A DNA stretch of 64,000 nt from Enoplolaimus lenunculus (Eukaryota): the NCBI GenBank assembly GCA_030248215.1, contig JASANG010002922.1:124001-188000 (forward strand). Reading direction: 5' to 3'. Numbering within the stretch: the stretch's first letter is position 1; every line of letters starts with the position of its first letter. The notes beneath the pieces were generated by a model. It worked only from the letters and a program-made list of their open reading frames with translations. It ran no database searches and was not told the origin of the DNA. Position numbers and translations under genes: made by a program. This document shows, piece after piece, positions 40,079 through 53,772 of this stretch.

Positions 40079-41165
40079 CACACCATTCGACGTATTTTGT
40101 TTTAATTGTGAAATAGTAAAGACAAACTTGTTAACTACAAAATCTAAATCATAAAACATGCTTACATCAACATCGTCGAGTCTGACACTGAAAAAATACG
40201 AAAAATATTAATAAAACACAATAATTTTACACGTTTAAAACAAACTAGCAATCCGTAGTTGCACACTTGTGCAACTCTCTTAATATAATGTTTTGGAATA
40301 TGTTTAGGAGGATTTGTTCAAGCAAGTCCGTGACATAAGCCGTGAAACTAAATTGACAATTTAAAAAATAACAAAATTTATATTTCAATGTAAACAACAT
40401 GTTAGCAGGATTGTAAACGGATGGAATAACTATTTAATGACCTTTGGAATTAAACAATTCTGATGCCGATAAAAGTATCTGTTTTGCTGGAAACGAATAT
40501 ATTCTCGTATCTTCCTTGTTTTATAGACACCTGGTCGGAAAGATCGGTATACCGAGATGCCCTTTAGACCGTACTGGGATGGAGGATCATGTGTAAGGAA
40601 TCCTATTTGGACACTTTTCTGTTTGTTTCTATCCGTCAAGGTGCGACCGAGCTTAAATCAAAGTAAGAGAAAAACCCAACGTTATGTTTGTATTAAATTC
40701 CAAAACAAATGTTTAGCATGCGTGGGTCGGGAAAAAAATGATGGACCCTGGGATCCACCATCCGCAAAGGAAAATCAACGTTACAAATTCATACCTGCTT
40801 AAGACAATATACAAATTACATGCATGTTAAAATACGTATAAAGCAAACGTTCTTCGTTTTATAGAATAACAACACAAAGAAAAAGTAAACAACAATTTTC
40901 TATCTTCATAACTTTTCATATAGAAATATAGAAGCAGATTTTGCGTATGGATATACAAATCTGCTGGAACGTTGCCCAAAATACGTAATTGGGGCGCTCC
41001 AGCTTTCATATTGTACACTAGAAATGGCAGCAACTCAGGAGAATGCTTTAGATTTAGAAGGATCCGATTCTAAAATAAAAAAATTCAATCATTTTGAAAC
41101 CTTCTTTTCCAAAACAGAGTATTTTAAAAATCGGCACCCAAACCTCAATGGTAGTTCAGTTATAC

Positions 41166-41504
41166 CAAGAGTGGATGATCCCTTAAACAAGAGTATGCAA
41201 AACGCCTTGTTTGCATGGAAATAAATGCACCAGCACTCGTCGCGTTTTAGTCCTACCCCCCTCATTTTGGGGGGATCAATTTTACGTTCATTACACGTGT
41301 ATCCGCCAGCCAACACCGAAAATATAATCGAAACACTTTTCAGTATATGAAAACAGCACATGAATTTCAGCATCTATGAACATTTTCACATCCCCCAAAA
41401 AAATAAGGGGGGTAAGCCAAAAATGCAACGCGCGCTGGGTACGTTTTTTCTACATAGAATGTACCCAGTTGCATACTCTTATTAAAGGGTATCATGCACT
41501 CTTG
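41166..41504. mobile_element. Family E P/Galileo-like MITE
   Basis: TSD GTTATAC/GTTATAT. Confidence 0.8.
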
Positions 41505-42105
41505 GTTATATATACCAAAAGCACGAGTAAACACAAATTGCTTTTACTTTTTCCAACAGTTTTGCCTTCGTTTTCAATTTTGCTAAATATTGCATTTAGA
41601 ATCGAATCCCTTACACTACATGTAGTGTTTGGCCCACAATGTTCAGATTGAAGTATGTCATCATCCATTACTCAAATGTAAATATTGTACTTTGATGTTA
41701 GTTGCCAATACGCATCCTGAAGAACACAATATACCTAAACAGTATATATACGTATATATCAGGGTGCGATCCTATACCAAAAAATGCCGGAGCCGGGTAA
41801 TTTATAATATCCGGTGGAACCGGATATTTAATTAAAATCTTAGATGGCATTTAAATATCAGAACGTAGCAAACAGTTCTACCTTCTGTGGCCTGTAAAGG
41901 TATCCAAAGCGTTGCATAACAAAGCTTAACATCTCACGCCAATGAATATTTAACACCTTAACAACGACAATATTCTTACAACTCTATGCTTTTGTAGCGT
42001 TTTGTTTACTTGCAATATTGTTCAATAAAAACATTTTGCAAACGTTCATGGGTAATGATAAAATTAGCGTCTGCAGTATTGTTTTCAATACGTGTACGAT
42101 TCAGC

Positions 42106-42247
42106 GGCCCATGAAAAGATCAGGGGCTGAACGTTTTTCTGTGGGACTTGAATAGAACAAGCTTAAGCTTTAGACTAACTTTTTTGCTTGGCTTAGGCTT
42201 AGGAATATGCTTATAATACTGTTCCGCTCCTGTTCTTTGTATTGGTC
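42106..42247. mobile_element. Family B Merlin-like MITE
   Basis: Perfect TSD GATTCAGC. Confidence 0.85.
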
Positions 42248-42841
42248 GATTCAGCAAATAAAGTTCGCTATAAGTAGATAACATAGCACACTCAAAAACC
42301 AAACAGCAAATAAAACTTTTACTCAATCGTGCAACTACTTAATTTATAAAAACATTTTCAAACATTGAGCAATTTTTCTTTTCCTCCAACTTTATTGCCC
42401 GAAATGTAACTTTGTGTACATAAATCGCAGATATTATATCGGCCGGCAAAGGTATAGAACAGAGGCGAAATAGGAGTATAACCATATTCCTAAGCCTAAA
42501 CCGAAGCATAAGTGTAACAATGAGGTTATATACCTAAGCCGAAACCTAAGCAAAAAATAGTCTGAAGCTTAACCTTATACTATTTCAGCCGCACGAAATA
42601 ACGTTCGGCCCCTGATCTTTACATGGGTCGATGTATCAATATCATCTTCTATATATAAAAAACAAAATCGCCTATAAATAAAATTTCAAGAACAAAATAA
42701 TAAAATTCAACATATCAGGCCAACCGGACTTAGCAGCATTTGTGAAGTTTTACGACGTACTTTTTAATACAAAAACATTTTACTGAAAAATACCTAATGA
42801 TATAACAAAACACAGAAATGTCATTAATGTTCAAATCAGTT

Positions 42842-45800
42842 TCAATTTTCGTCTTTCGGGCCCTTTGACTTTGGTATCTGACTTGAAGTCGCACCCTTGA
42901 GGTATCGTTTAAATGATTCGTATTCAGCTTTCTCTTCTTCATCTGAAACAATTTTCTTACATCATTAGACAATTAAAAATAAGCCACAATATGTTTTCAA
43001 ATAAGCAATTTTGTTTGAAATATGTATCTTTCGCAAATGTGGTAACTGAGACATACTTAAACATAAAGCATAAAGACGAGAAAGCCAAAATGCGTCCAGA
43101 AGATAATACACGAATATTTGCTGCTGAAGAAAGTTCAAAAGGCAGTCAAACAGAAGCCTGGTGAGACATGTATCACAAGCAAGTCTCTACCGCACAGAGC
43201 TCCTAAAAATAATATTAATATTTTGTCGAAGGTACGATTGTTTTCACAAACATAGCTGCAATCCAGTCGAAAACACAAAATTTTGGCTAATTTTCATATG
43301 GAAAAGTTTTGCAGTTTTGTTAACTACTATTTTAGTATCTCACACACAATACAACAAAACAAGCTTGCAACAATTAAAAGCGTTGCAAATAAAAGCACAC
43401 ACATATGAATCTGTAGTCGACCAAAATCACTACCGTATCCAAGGGGGCACCCAACCTTGGCCCAACAACACGGATCAAAACCAAGACTTTGTGTTAAAGT
43501 TTAGTGCTAAAATAGCGTTTGGCTTGTTTCTCGTTTCGCTCGTAAGTTCTTGTCCACTATTATATCTTGCGAGGCTCTCCTTTCAGAAATTTCTAGGTCC
43601 TGCACTGTTTTGCGGCATACCTTCATCGCACGAACCAGTACGACATTGCGCTTCAATATCATCAGGTTCTAACTCAATATTCGATCCGCCCAAGTAGATC
43701 CGCTGAGGCTGTCCAGATGCTTTCAAAAGCGCACTTGTACCTGAAATATTTCGCATACATATTACATCACTACTTATATACCCCAATTAGTAACGAAAAA
43801 CAATTGCAAACGCAGCACTGTATGTGCTAAATGCGATGCTGTTATTTTCGCGGAAAATGTTTTTCTGATTGTGATATAAACCGAACGGATGGAAAACTTA
43901 TCAAAACAGCGACAAATCCAGATATTTTTGCCATGCGGACATTCATAATAGTAAAAAAACCAAACGCAATGATTTTCGTGTCGCAAAATGTAACAACTTA
44001 GAAGGTAGAGAGACCTTACGATTTTTTTCTTATAAACTAACTGTCTGATTGGGGCTTCGGTTTCTCACGATTCAGTTAGATCGATCTTTATCTGAAAACA
44101 CACTCAAACACTATTTCTTACCTATTGACGCCGGCGCTCTGGCCATATCTATCTTAAGCCTTTCCAGTTGTTCGGCTTGTGATTTTGCCATTGCTTCTGT
44201 TTTCTCACGCCGTAAACGGTCGTATTCTGGCCAGTAGTCGCTAAAACGGTTAAACCGATAGAAACAAAAGCTGTTTTTCGTACAAGCAAAGTTATGTCCA
44301 TCGAAACAATGATTTTAAAGAAATTGCCAAGTTAAAAGAAAATAGTTCAAAATAGCCGTACTTTAGTTAGGGTGCAACCGGAATTAAAACCTGAAACGAA
44401 GCTAACCTGAAACTAAAAAGCCAAATACCGTGAATTTTCCTACGCAAACCCAAATTCCGGTTGCACAATAGTTGGACTTTATTCTTACAGCTCTTAGAGA
44501 ATAGTAGTTAAAATTTGTACACAACTCACGTCTCGTATTCTTGTTTAGCTCTTGCAACTGCATCAACAAATTCGTCAATACCTTCCCCTGTAAGTGCCGA
44601 AAACGCAACGCACTGAAAGGGTTACAATGGTAATATTTACTACCCTTATTTGCACTTAAAGACCTATTTAAAAATTGCAACATGAAATTTAACTTCCGGT
44701 TGTAGTTAATTGCCGCTCTTTGACCACAACATTGGCCATTTCAAAATTGCCACTCGTAGACACTACATCTTGAATTTATCTGTTAACCTCACGTTAACAC
44801 GTGTCACACAATGTATACAGTTTGCGTGTATTGCGACACCTGCTAAAGTTATCAAACACAGAAGATTCGCAGCGACGACTAACCGCCTGCTTAAAAACCT
44901 ATTACTAACTGGCGATTGGTGCCACAGGCCGACACACCGCTGGCAATTCGGCTTCATTACCTTAATATCCGAATAAAAATCATCCAAAACTAACGACAAT
45001 GACCGCGTGAGATCGTGCATATATGTTGACGATTCTGCATCTAAAGCTTCGCCAAAAGCTTCAAAATCTTTCATCCATGTCATTGCAAACTGTGGATGTA
45101 CCACGTCAGCCTACAAAAGTAGACGCATCTTTTTAAATGAAACACAGGATAATCAAGTTTCTGACACTTTATCCAAAATTCACCGTTCGACCTCAACTTT
45201 TCAACTAAATGATTAGTGTCCGCCAAAAACTCAAGCTACAAACAATATTTTACAAAGATCTCTATACAAATCGGTTTGTAATATATTTAAAAATAAAAAC
45301 CCCTACGATATTTACAGCAAAAAACAACTTGGCTAAAGCATTATTTACATGTACAACACTCTTTTTCAGCGAGAACTTGCAACTACAAATCAGTGGAAAG
45401 TTTTTGCCATAGTTCTCAAACAAAATTTGCACGTGAAAGTTGTAGGTTCAAGTTCTCGTCGCAAAAACTTGCACGTGTAAATATGATCGTTACCTTATTC
45501 ATAACGATAACAAATGGTAGCTTCGTTTTGTATAAAATGCTGCACGCGTATAACATATTTGACATAAACGTAACTGGACTGACGCTTCGTGCAATATCCA
45601 TAACGTAGACAATAACCGTAGGAAATTGAGCTGCCTGAAATCAATTTTCTCTATTCGCATAATGCACATGTAGTAATTATTCTATGAAAATTTAAAATTA
45701 CTGGAATGGCTTCTCAGCTTTTTGACAAACTCAAACCTTAGTTGCTAGCTATAAATCGATCATATTTCTCAATTACATGGAATAGTAAATACATTAATTG

Positions 45801-48800
45801 TAAGCTGAAACTGACTAATTTACCAGCTAAACTGTCCTATAATTAAAAGCAACTGGTTTGCTCATTATTAAGTGACTTTACACTTATCGTGAGGCGCGTC
45901 TGTCATTATCCGTCGCCGTACGGTATTGTATGTGAGTATTCGTGTACGATACCGCGCGGTGACGTTCGGTGACAGACGGATCCGACGTGTATACAATCGA
46001 GACCATTCCAGCTGTAAGGCTTCCACTCATTAACACATTCAATCAAAGGTTAGAATTACTTAAGGAAGCGATTGTTTTACCAAATACTCACCAAATCTGG
46101 TCAAAATAAGTGAAAATTGCGTTTTTGATAATTTGTCCACGATTTTACTTTTGTTTTGCTATAAATATGTGGTTACGTTAGTTGTCGACTTAAGTAAATA
46201 ATTAATTTTTTGCACGAAATCAGAAAAATGCTAATTTTAAGCCAGTGCGATTAAAATGAACGTGCTATTTCGCTTTATATAATCATAAAAGTGGCTTGTG
46301 TCTCTAATCAAAATTAGACAGAAGATACGATTTTAGTACTGTTAGTCGGTAGCAGGTCAAATATGTGCTTTCTGCCACTTAGGCCTTACGTACCTAACTG
46401 AACTACGTTTTAAGAAGTGGCAAATTGATGAAGATAATTTTTAGCAAATACTTAAGTATAAAGTTATACTTACGTAAAATTTCAGAAACCCAGGCTACGA
46501 AGTTTCAGTTAAGCGTCAGAAAACAAAAAACATCAAAAATTTCAAAACATACACCAAACGTTGCACGGTAAACCAAGTCTTAGTGTATGAGAGGTCTAAC
46601 GTTCTTACAAATCTAGCCTTACCTTGCTAATATCTAGTATAGTCACCGTGTATTCTGAGATCACAGTAACCACGTTATGGTTTATTTATACTAATGGTTA
46701 ATTATTCGCCATAATTACTTACAAGAGCTTCAGTGATAATACTACCAGAAGCCGACCACGTAAATACTTCTATCTGTCCAGGCGTATCAAAAATGACGTA
46801 TTCGTACTCCGAACGGCGTTTATCAATCAGTTTGAGAACCTGAACAAAACTAGCGTACAATAATGTGCATACAATATGCAGGAAAGTGCAATTATGCCGT
46901 TGAGCAACCGTCCACATTTAAGGTTAAGGATTAGGCTCAGGTTTACGTAATGGCTAGCAAAGGCTTAGGAATAGGTAAACCATTTTCTTAAACGTAACCC
47001 TATACTTGAGCTTACGTCTGCGGAGGTAAGTATAGAAAAACCAGTACGTAAAACAAACTTCAAAAACTATTCTATGGTGTAGAACACTTAGGTTGCGGCG
47101 CCGCTCGCGCACCGGATAGCGCTGCAAACAGAAAACTTTCACTGGCACATCTGCAGCAATTCGCATACGTTGGACGGCGCCTAACGACGCACGGCACTAA
47201 AGTTGTTAAACAGTAAAATGCCATCCTTTTTGACTTTCAGTTAACAGTAATACAGATCAAAATTTTGTTTTACCGCAGGGATAGTTGTATTTCCTGTTGA
47301 TATTTTGGTACGAAAAAAGTACAAACTTATTGGTGGCCACCTTGCAGTCCCAAAACAAGATAAAAAGCGAATTAAAACCGGCTATTTAAATTCAAAACTC
47401 GACATAATTCCTACCTGATCAAATCTTGTAGCGAACAAATTCAAACACGTCATAATTGCTCCGTTCGGTCCAAGTTCATACCTAAAATAAAATATCATAA
47501 AACTCACTCAGACAGTCCCACAATTTGTACTGACATAATTCTGTTGTAAAATGCATGAATTTGCTATTTTTTCGGACAAATTATATAATATATTAACGCA
47601 TCTGTTTAACTCAAATCACAACAAATAATATACTAGCAACATACTGTTTCATAACTTCTTTGTATTTCACAGTATCTCTTATATCTGAAACAATATACAC
47701 TGCATTAGGTAAGTATATACCAATAAATACCTTACTGATAAGAACACCAGAGGTACCAACTGCATCCATTATAAAGCACCTCCAAACCAATCGTAGTGGG
47801 ACTACATTTATTGAGCGAAGCTCGAACACACGTAAGCAATTAAGGTAATATGCAAATTAGTTATTAGCTAACTATTCATTTATCGGTTTTGGAGGTTTGT
47901 AAGCAATGTCCTCAGATTCCTCGCACCCAAAAACCCTTCAGCCACCCTATAATTTTTGGAATAATTTAAAAAAATCCTAATTTTGTCTTGTCAATTAAGC
48001 TAATATGCAAATTAACTATTAGCTAACTATTCAATTATTGGCTTTGGAGGTTTGTAAACAATTTATTCAGATTCCTCGCACCCAAAAACCTTCAGTGAAC
48101 CCTAAAAATTATTGAAATAATTTAAAAAGTCCTAATTTTGTCTTGTAAATTAAGCTATTATGCAAATTAGTTATTAGCTAACTATTCAATTATCGGTTTT
48201 GGATGTTTATAAACTATTTATTCAAATTCCTTGCACCTAAAAACCCTATAGTGCTGAAATTATATTGCTTTTAACCTTAATAATTAGTGAAATATTGTAA
48301 AAAGTCCTAGTTTAGGCTTATAAACTTGCTAATATGCAAATTATCTATTAGCTAACTGCTCAACTATCGGTTTTAGAGCTTCCTAACCGGTCTACGCAGA
48401 TTCCTCGCACCCAAAAACCCTTTAATGCTAAAATTAGATTGCTTCTAACTGTAATAATTAGTGAAATATTGTGGAAAGCACTAATTTAGGCTTAATTAAT
48501 TATGCAAATTAGCTTGTAGCTAATAAACGGCTCCAAATTTTAAAACTCCAATGCGAGGTTAACACCCCAGGGTTATTGGCTTTCAAACAAAAAAAAGTTT
48601 ATCAAAATCGGTTCAGCCGTTCCTGAGATTCTTTTCGGACGGACAGACGGACAGACGGACATCCACCTTTCGACCCTCAAGTGCAAAACATAAAACGCTT
48701 CGCGAAACTCCGAGCTTCGCTCGGAGTTTCGCTTCGCTCAATAATTTACGATACCCATGCGAAAAAACCTCGTCAAAATATAAAAAGCCTTTCCACGTAT

Positions 48801-51404
48801 TTCATTTTTGCACACAAAAACATGTTCGACGTCAAGGTTATTTAAACTATTCGTCTGTCTATATCCCTTTAGACTGGCAGTGATTTTTAACGGTGCAGTT
48901 TTAGCCGTTTAGCAATACGTATGACTTAACTAAATTAGCGATTGCAATATCGAAGAAATAGCGATTGCAATATCGAAGAAAAACAAGCATCGCCTATTTC
49001 AAAGACACCCACGTTTGCATGGAAGTTATATAAAATTGTTCCAATCCGAACGCGTTTTTGCCTTAGAAACACACGATATTTTCTCCACATAGCCGTCGCA
49101 AATTAAAGTAAAGCAGACATAATGCTAAACAACTAAAACATACAACCCAGTAAAACCATTCGGAACAATCAAAAGGATATCGCCAGCTGTATACAAGAAT
49201 AGCGCATTCGGTCTGACGAACGAATCCGCTTGAACCAATATAACATTACGTTAATATACGGCCACTTGAAAAGCTAAATATAAACCTATAAAAGTATTTA
49301 TTGCGTCTACGACAAAATTTTTTGAACAGCAAACTTCTGTATCGAACGAACCTCAATTAAAATTTCGCGCGTAACCAAGTATCTGTAAAAAAATTTAAAC
49401 CTGCACCTTTTGACAGCAACTGCAGAAAAAACTATCATACGAGATTTTTGAAAAAAACCACAGCATATGACATTAAAACTATTCGTACTGGTAAGCTCCT
49501 TTGAATATTCTGTCCCGCCTCGACAAAACAGTGATTCCGTCTCTAATTATAATAAATACACTGTAACTTACCAACATTTGCGGCAAACGGAATATGCATA
49601 ACAGCAGGATCCATATTAACCACATACGGTTTATTTTTGATCGTGTTCAAATGAGACACAAATCGCTAAAAGCAAACTGCATTCTGACGTACAATCACGG
49701 CAAGTAGTCGAAGACGTTAGCAAAAATTCTACCACGATTTATTATATGTATTTCTCGACAGGCTTTTGATAAATGAAAAATTATACTTCAAAACAATAAA
49801 AGAAAATAGTTGAAAACAATAACAGCTTCAAATTGACCCAGAAACGGACAAAAAATCGACCAAACATTGCTGGTGAGTTTGTTTTGCGACTTTGCAGCTA
49901 CAGATAAAGGCTATAACTGCAGTAGAAAATTAACAGGGTTGCAACCAGAGGGTGCCATGAGAACTTTGTAGTTTCCTTAAAATTATTTTACTCCTTTTGT
50001 AAGTAATGTCAAATCTCGCTAGTGATAAAATTTCATTCGGCCATTTAGCATAATATATTGCTGGCTGTAGATAGATTTCGGAATTACACCTTGAAGCTCA
50101 AACTTAACACTGTTTCCATGCATCCATTTATTTAGGTATCGCAAAATACTTCTCCAATCACAATTTAAATGGCCATGTATGGAACAGGGCCGGATCGTTT
50201 TCCGGTGGGGCTGTAATAGAGTCAGTTTAAGCTTTACACCAACTTTTTTGTTTAGGCTTAGGTTTAGGCTTAGTCTCATTGAGCGAAGCGAAACTCCGAG
50301 AGAAGCTCGGAGTTTCGCGAAGCGTTTTATGTTTTGTACTTGGGGTCCAAAGGTGGATGTCTGTCTGTCCGTCCGAAAAGAATCTCAAGAACGGCTGAAC
50401 CGATTTTGATAAACTTTTTTTGTTTGAAAGCCAATTATCCTGGGCTGTTAATCTCGCATTAGGGATTTAAAATTTTAAGCATTTTATTAGCTACAGGCTA
50501 ATTTGCATAATTAATTAAGCCTAAATTAGGACTTTCCCACAATATTTCACTAATTATTACAGTTAGAAGCAATCTAAATTTAGCATTAAAGGGTTTTTGG
50601 GTGCGAGGAATCTGCGTAGACCGTTTACAAACCTCCAAAACCGATAATTGAGCAGTTAGCTAATAGATAATTTCCATATTAGCAGTTTATAAGCCTAAAT
50701 TAGGACTTTTTACAATATGTCACTAATTATTAAGGTAAAAGCAATATAATTTCAGCACTAAAGGGTTTTTATGTGCGAGGAATTTGAATAAATAGTTTAC
50801 AAACATCCAAAACCGATAATTGAATAGTTAGCTAATAGCTAATTTGCATATTAGCTTAATTGACAAGACAAAACTAGGACTTTCATTAGAGTTTACTGAA
50901 GGTTTTTGGGCGCGAGGAATCTGACGAAATTGCTTACAAACCTCCAAAACCGATAAATGAATAGTTAGCTAACAACTATTTTGCATATTACCTTAATTGC
51001 TTACGTGCGTTCGAGCTTCGCTCAATAAATGCAGTCCCACTACGACTGGTCCTTACGCTTAGGCTTAGGAATATGCTTATACTACTGTTCCGGCCCTGTT
51101 CTATACATGGGTCATTCAAATCATAGCTAAAAAATTTTAAGCGAAATCACACACTGTGACTCGAACAGAGTCTGTGTAGGTTGGGAATTTACGTACTCAG
51201 TAACACAATTTTTGAGTTGTAGGCGTTAAACGATACCTGAACAAACGTCGTCTTTCCAGATCCAGCCATACCAAGCACAATTAAACAAACTGGCTGTTTT
51301 GCTTCAGCATCGCCACTTGTCTGAGGATGTTTCGGACAAGTTGCGTCGACGTCTTCAGTCGCAACAGTAGTAGAAGTCGACGGGCGAGACGTTGCATCTG
51401 CCAT
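42842..51404 (-). CDS. GPN1: GPN-loop GTPase 1 (XAB1/Npa3; C. elegans gop-2 orthologue), 11 exons, 399 aa
   Basis: Exons 51404-51237, 49665-49572, 47684-47645, 47481-47415, 46839-46723, 45634-45494, 45110-44961, 44612-44530, 44240-44122, 43740-43621, 42942-42842 (1200 nt, phases consistent). Motifs: GMAGSGKTT (G1), [29 protein letters not shown] (GPN loop), [15 protein letters not shown] (G3), [19 protein letters not shown] (G4). Confidence 0.95.
47786..48742 (-). mobile_element. HINE/DINE-1-like element, inverted relative to 50278-51050
   Basis: Reverse complement of the same element (GGACAGACGGACAGAC microsatellite, subTIRs) with an extra internal subrepeat. Confidence 0.8.
50171..51113. 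mobile_element. Family B Merlin-like MITE interrupted by a HINE insertion
   Basis: TSD ATTTAAAT/ATTCAAAT. The two halves rejoin once 50278-51050 is removed. Confidence 0.85.
50278..51050 (+). mobile_element. Helentron-associated non-autonomous element (DINE-1/HINE-like)
   Basis: 5' subTIR ATTGAGCGAAGC, adjacent palindrome, (GTCY)n microsatellite, internal ~155-bp subrepeats, 3' subTIR GCTTCGCTCAAT followed by hairpin CAGTC-N7-GACTG. No TSD. Confidence 0.8.
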
Positions 51405-52208
51405 GTTTATTGACCAACTCTCAAACTATTTCAATGATTAATAATCTAAAAGAATTTTTGCACGATTGTCCACATTCCTTTACGACGCACCAAGCCTATT
51501 TTAAAATCTGCACACTAAACAGACGCATACATTTATAGCATATACCACAACAGAAAGTTGCAGCATACAATCAGGGTGCAATCGAAATTGAAATAAAACC
51601 GGAAAGTGAAACGAATACAGCATTCTCAACAGGAACCAGATACGAACCTATTAAAATGAGCTATTTTAGATTCTTATAATTCGTCTGCGTTGAGCTTCTA
51701 TCGATTAGTTCAAACAAAAAATTCGTTAAGTGCAGATTTTTTGAAACAATGTTACTGCACCGAGAATAGCGGGAAAAACTGAAATTACGGTTGCACCTAG
51801 TTGAAACCAGTGTTCATTGGGAACTTTACTAAAAAAATTCGATCCAATGCTTTACCTGTAGCAGCCAAAAGAACCTGTCAAACACTGCGGAGTGTTGAGG
51901 TAAGCCAGCTTCATCAGAAGCCAATTGGAAGTAAACCAGCATAATCAAAAGCCACCAGCGTGCAACCGGAGCTCTGTCTACGGCTAAATCTAAAAATAGA
52001 TCGGCTCCGAAGAATTTTTACCAGTTTTCAGTATTTCGATAGCAAATTTATGAGTATGTTCACAAACGTTGTGCCGTTCGGTGTGTAGCCGGATATCTGT
52101 TTGCTGTTCCCGTAAAATTGTTGTTGAAGCTTTCGATTTCTGTCTCTCAAACCGATTTTTTAAAAACAATTTGGTTATTGTTCAATTTTAGGGTATTTAT
52201 ATGATTAA

Positions 52209-52470
52209 CCCTTTCTCACATGAATATTTTCTATTTTCTGTTAGACCTACTTTTATGCTAGGATTCGAACTCCAGTGATTGGAGTGGGAGGCGTATACCA
52301 TCACCACTCAGCTATAGGAGCTTGACGCTCGAGCCCGAGGGGGCTCTCACGTCTTGTGGTGATTTAGTACTATGTATACGTGTTGCACTGTTAATCACGG
52401 TGCGATATATACTATTTAACGTATATACACTGCGCTGAGTTGCCTACAGCCAACTCAATGTGAGAAGGGG
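52209..52470. mobile_element. piggyBac-like MITE containing a tRNA-Gly-derived segment (family D)
   Basis: TTAA|CCCTTTCTCACAT...ATGTGAGAAGGGG|TTAT. The minus strand carries an A box TAGCTGAGTGG and a B box GTTCGAATCC. Confidence 0.8.
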
Positions 52471-52503
52471 TTATAGATAGTAAACTGAAAATTTTTCGCT
52501 TAA

Positions 52504-52759
52504 CCCTTTTTCACATGAATATTTTCTATTTTCCGTTAGACCTTGCTAGGATTCGAACTCCAGTGATTGGAGTGGGAGGCGTATACCATCACCACTCAGC
52601 TATAGGAGCTTGACGCTCGAGCCCGAGGGGGCTCTCACGTCTTGTGGTGATTTAGTACTATGTATACGTGTTGCAATTGTTAAACACGGTGCGATATATA
52701 CTATTTAACGTATATACACTGCGCTGAGTTGCCTACAGGCAACTCAATGTGAGAAGGGG
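52504..52759. mobile_element. Family D piggyBac-like MITE, near-identical neighbour copy
   Basis: TTAA TSD on both sides. Confidence 0.8.
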
Positions 52760-53303
52760 TTAAGCAGCTAGGTCCCTGATTTCCCATCACCCCCGGCTCT
52801 GGTAAATTTTATCGACTTTCGGCTCATGCTTAGGTATTCTCACCACCGGCTGCAATCCGGAAGCCAGATATCAAAACTGTTGAAACTATCAGCTCATCGG
52901 CAGTGAACTACTTGTTTATAGTTCAATTTTAAGTGTCATGAACCGAAAGACAGTTCTTTATTTGTGGTCTGAATAAATATAAAATGCGACAGTAGGGAAT
53001 GAGACAGATACAAACTTCTATAGGTCTAAGTCAATGCAAAAATACACACACTTTAAAATAACCGCAGGTGGTTTATTTAGAGATAAACGAAGTTTTCACT
53101 TTTAATACTGCAGCAATTCCCGTCCATTTGGGTCGAAATCTTAATACACTTTCAATTAAGCCGCACAGTAGGTACTACCTAGATTCGCAACCATAAAGAT
53201 AGTTTACGCCCTGTTGCCGCAAACGTGCGAACGATAGAAAACCCCGCTGACATAAAAACTCAAAATTCAAACGCATCCAATTTGCAGAAAAATTGGAATT
53301 TTT

Positions 53304-53481
53304 GGCCAATGTAAAGAACTCGGGCGGAACAGTATTATAAGCTTATTACAAAGCCTAAGCCTAAGCCTAAGCGTAAGAATGAGTTTACTCCCAAGCCAAT
53401 CAAAAAATTTAATCTAAAGCTTAAGCTTCTTCTATTCCAGTCCCACAGAAAAGTGTTCCGCCCCTGATCTTTACATGGGCC
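53304..53481. mobile_element. Family B Merlin-like MITE
   Basis: Perfect TSD GAATTTTT. Confidence 0.85.
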
Positions 53482-53772
53482 GAATTTTTAAAAAAGGTAC
53501 AGTTAGATTCAGTAAGCGAATGGCACATGTTACAAATCACTAAACATATTATACTGTATTTCCATAAAGGTCCATGTGCAAACATAAATCGTGAGATTTT
53601 TTATACTGATGTTGGCATACAATCCATACAATCCTTCCAGAACACAAAAACACAATGTAAGTAATTAAAATAGTGGTAGTATAAAAATTTACGCAAAACA
53701 AGTGCAGCAAGCACTATAAATGTGACTGTACATTAACCTAAATAATTCTTCTTATTCTAGAATTGTATTTAA

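Noticed and set aside
35502..42841. gop-3/SAM50 as the next operon gene
   Set aside because: No SAM50-like exon was recognised on the minus strand by eye. A tblastn search is needed to exclude it fully.
44040..44091. Extra GPN1 terminal exon after the TTTTCAG at 44092
   Set aside because: It would need a ~30-nt intron and stops after a few codons. The 43740 and 42942 exons give a normal acidic C-terminus.
52255..52325. Functional tRNA-Gly(CCC) gene
   Set aside because: A and B boxes are present, but the acceptor and anticodon stems do not pair, and it is embedded in a repeated TIR element.
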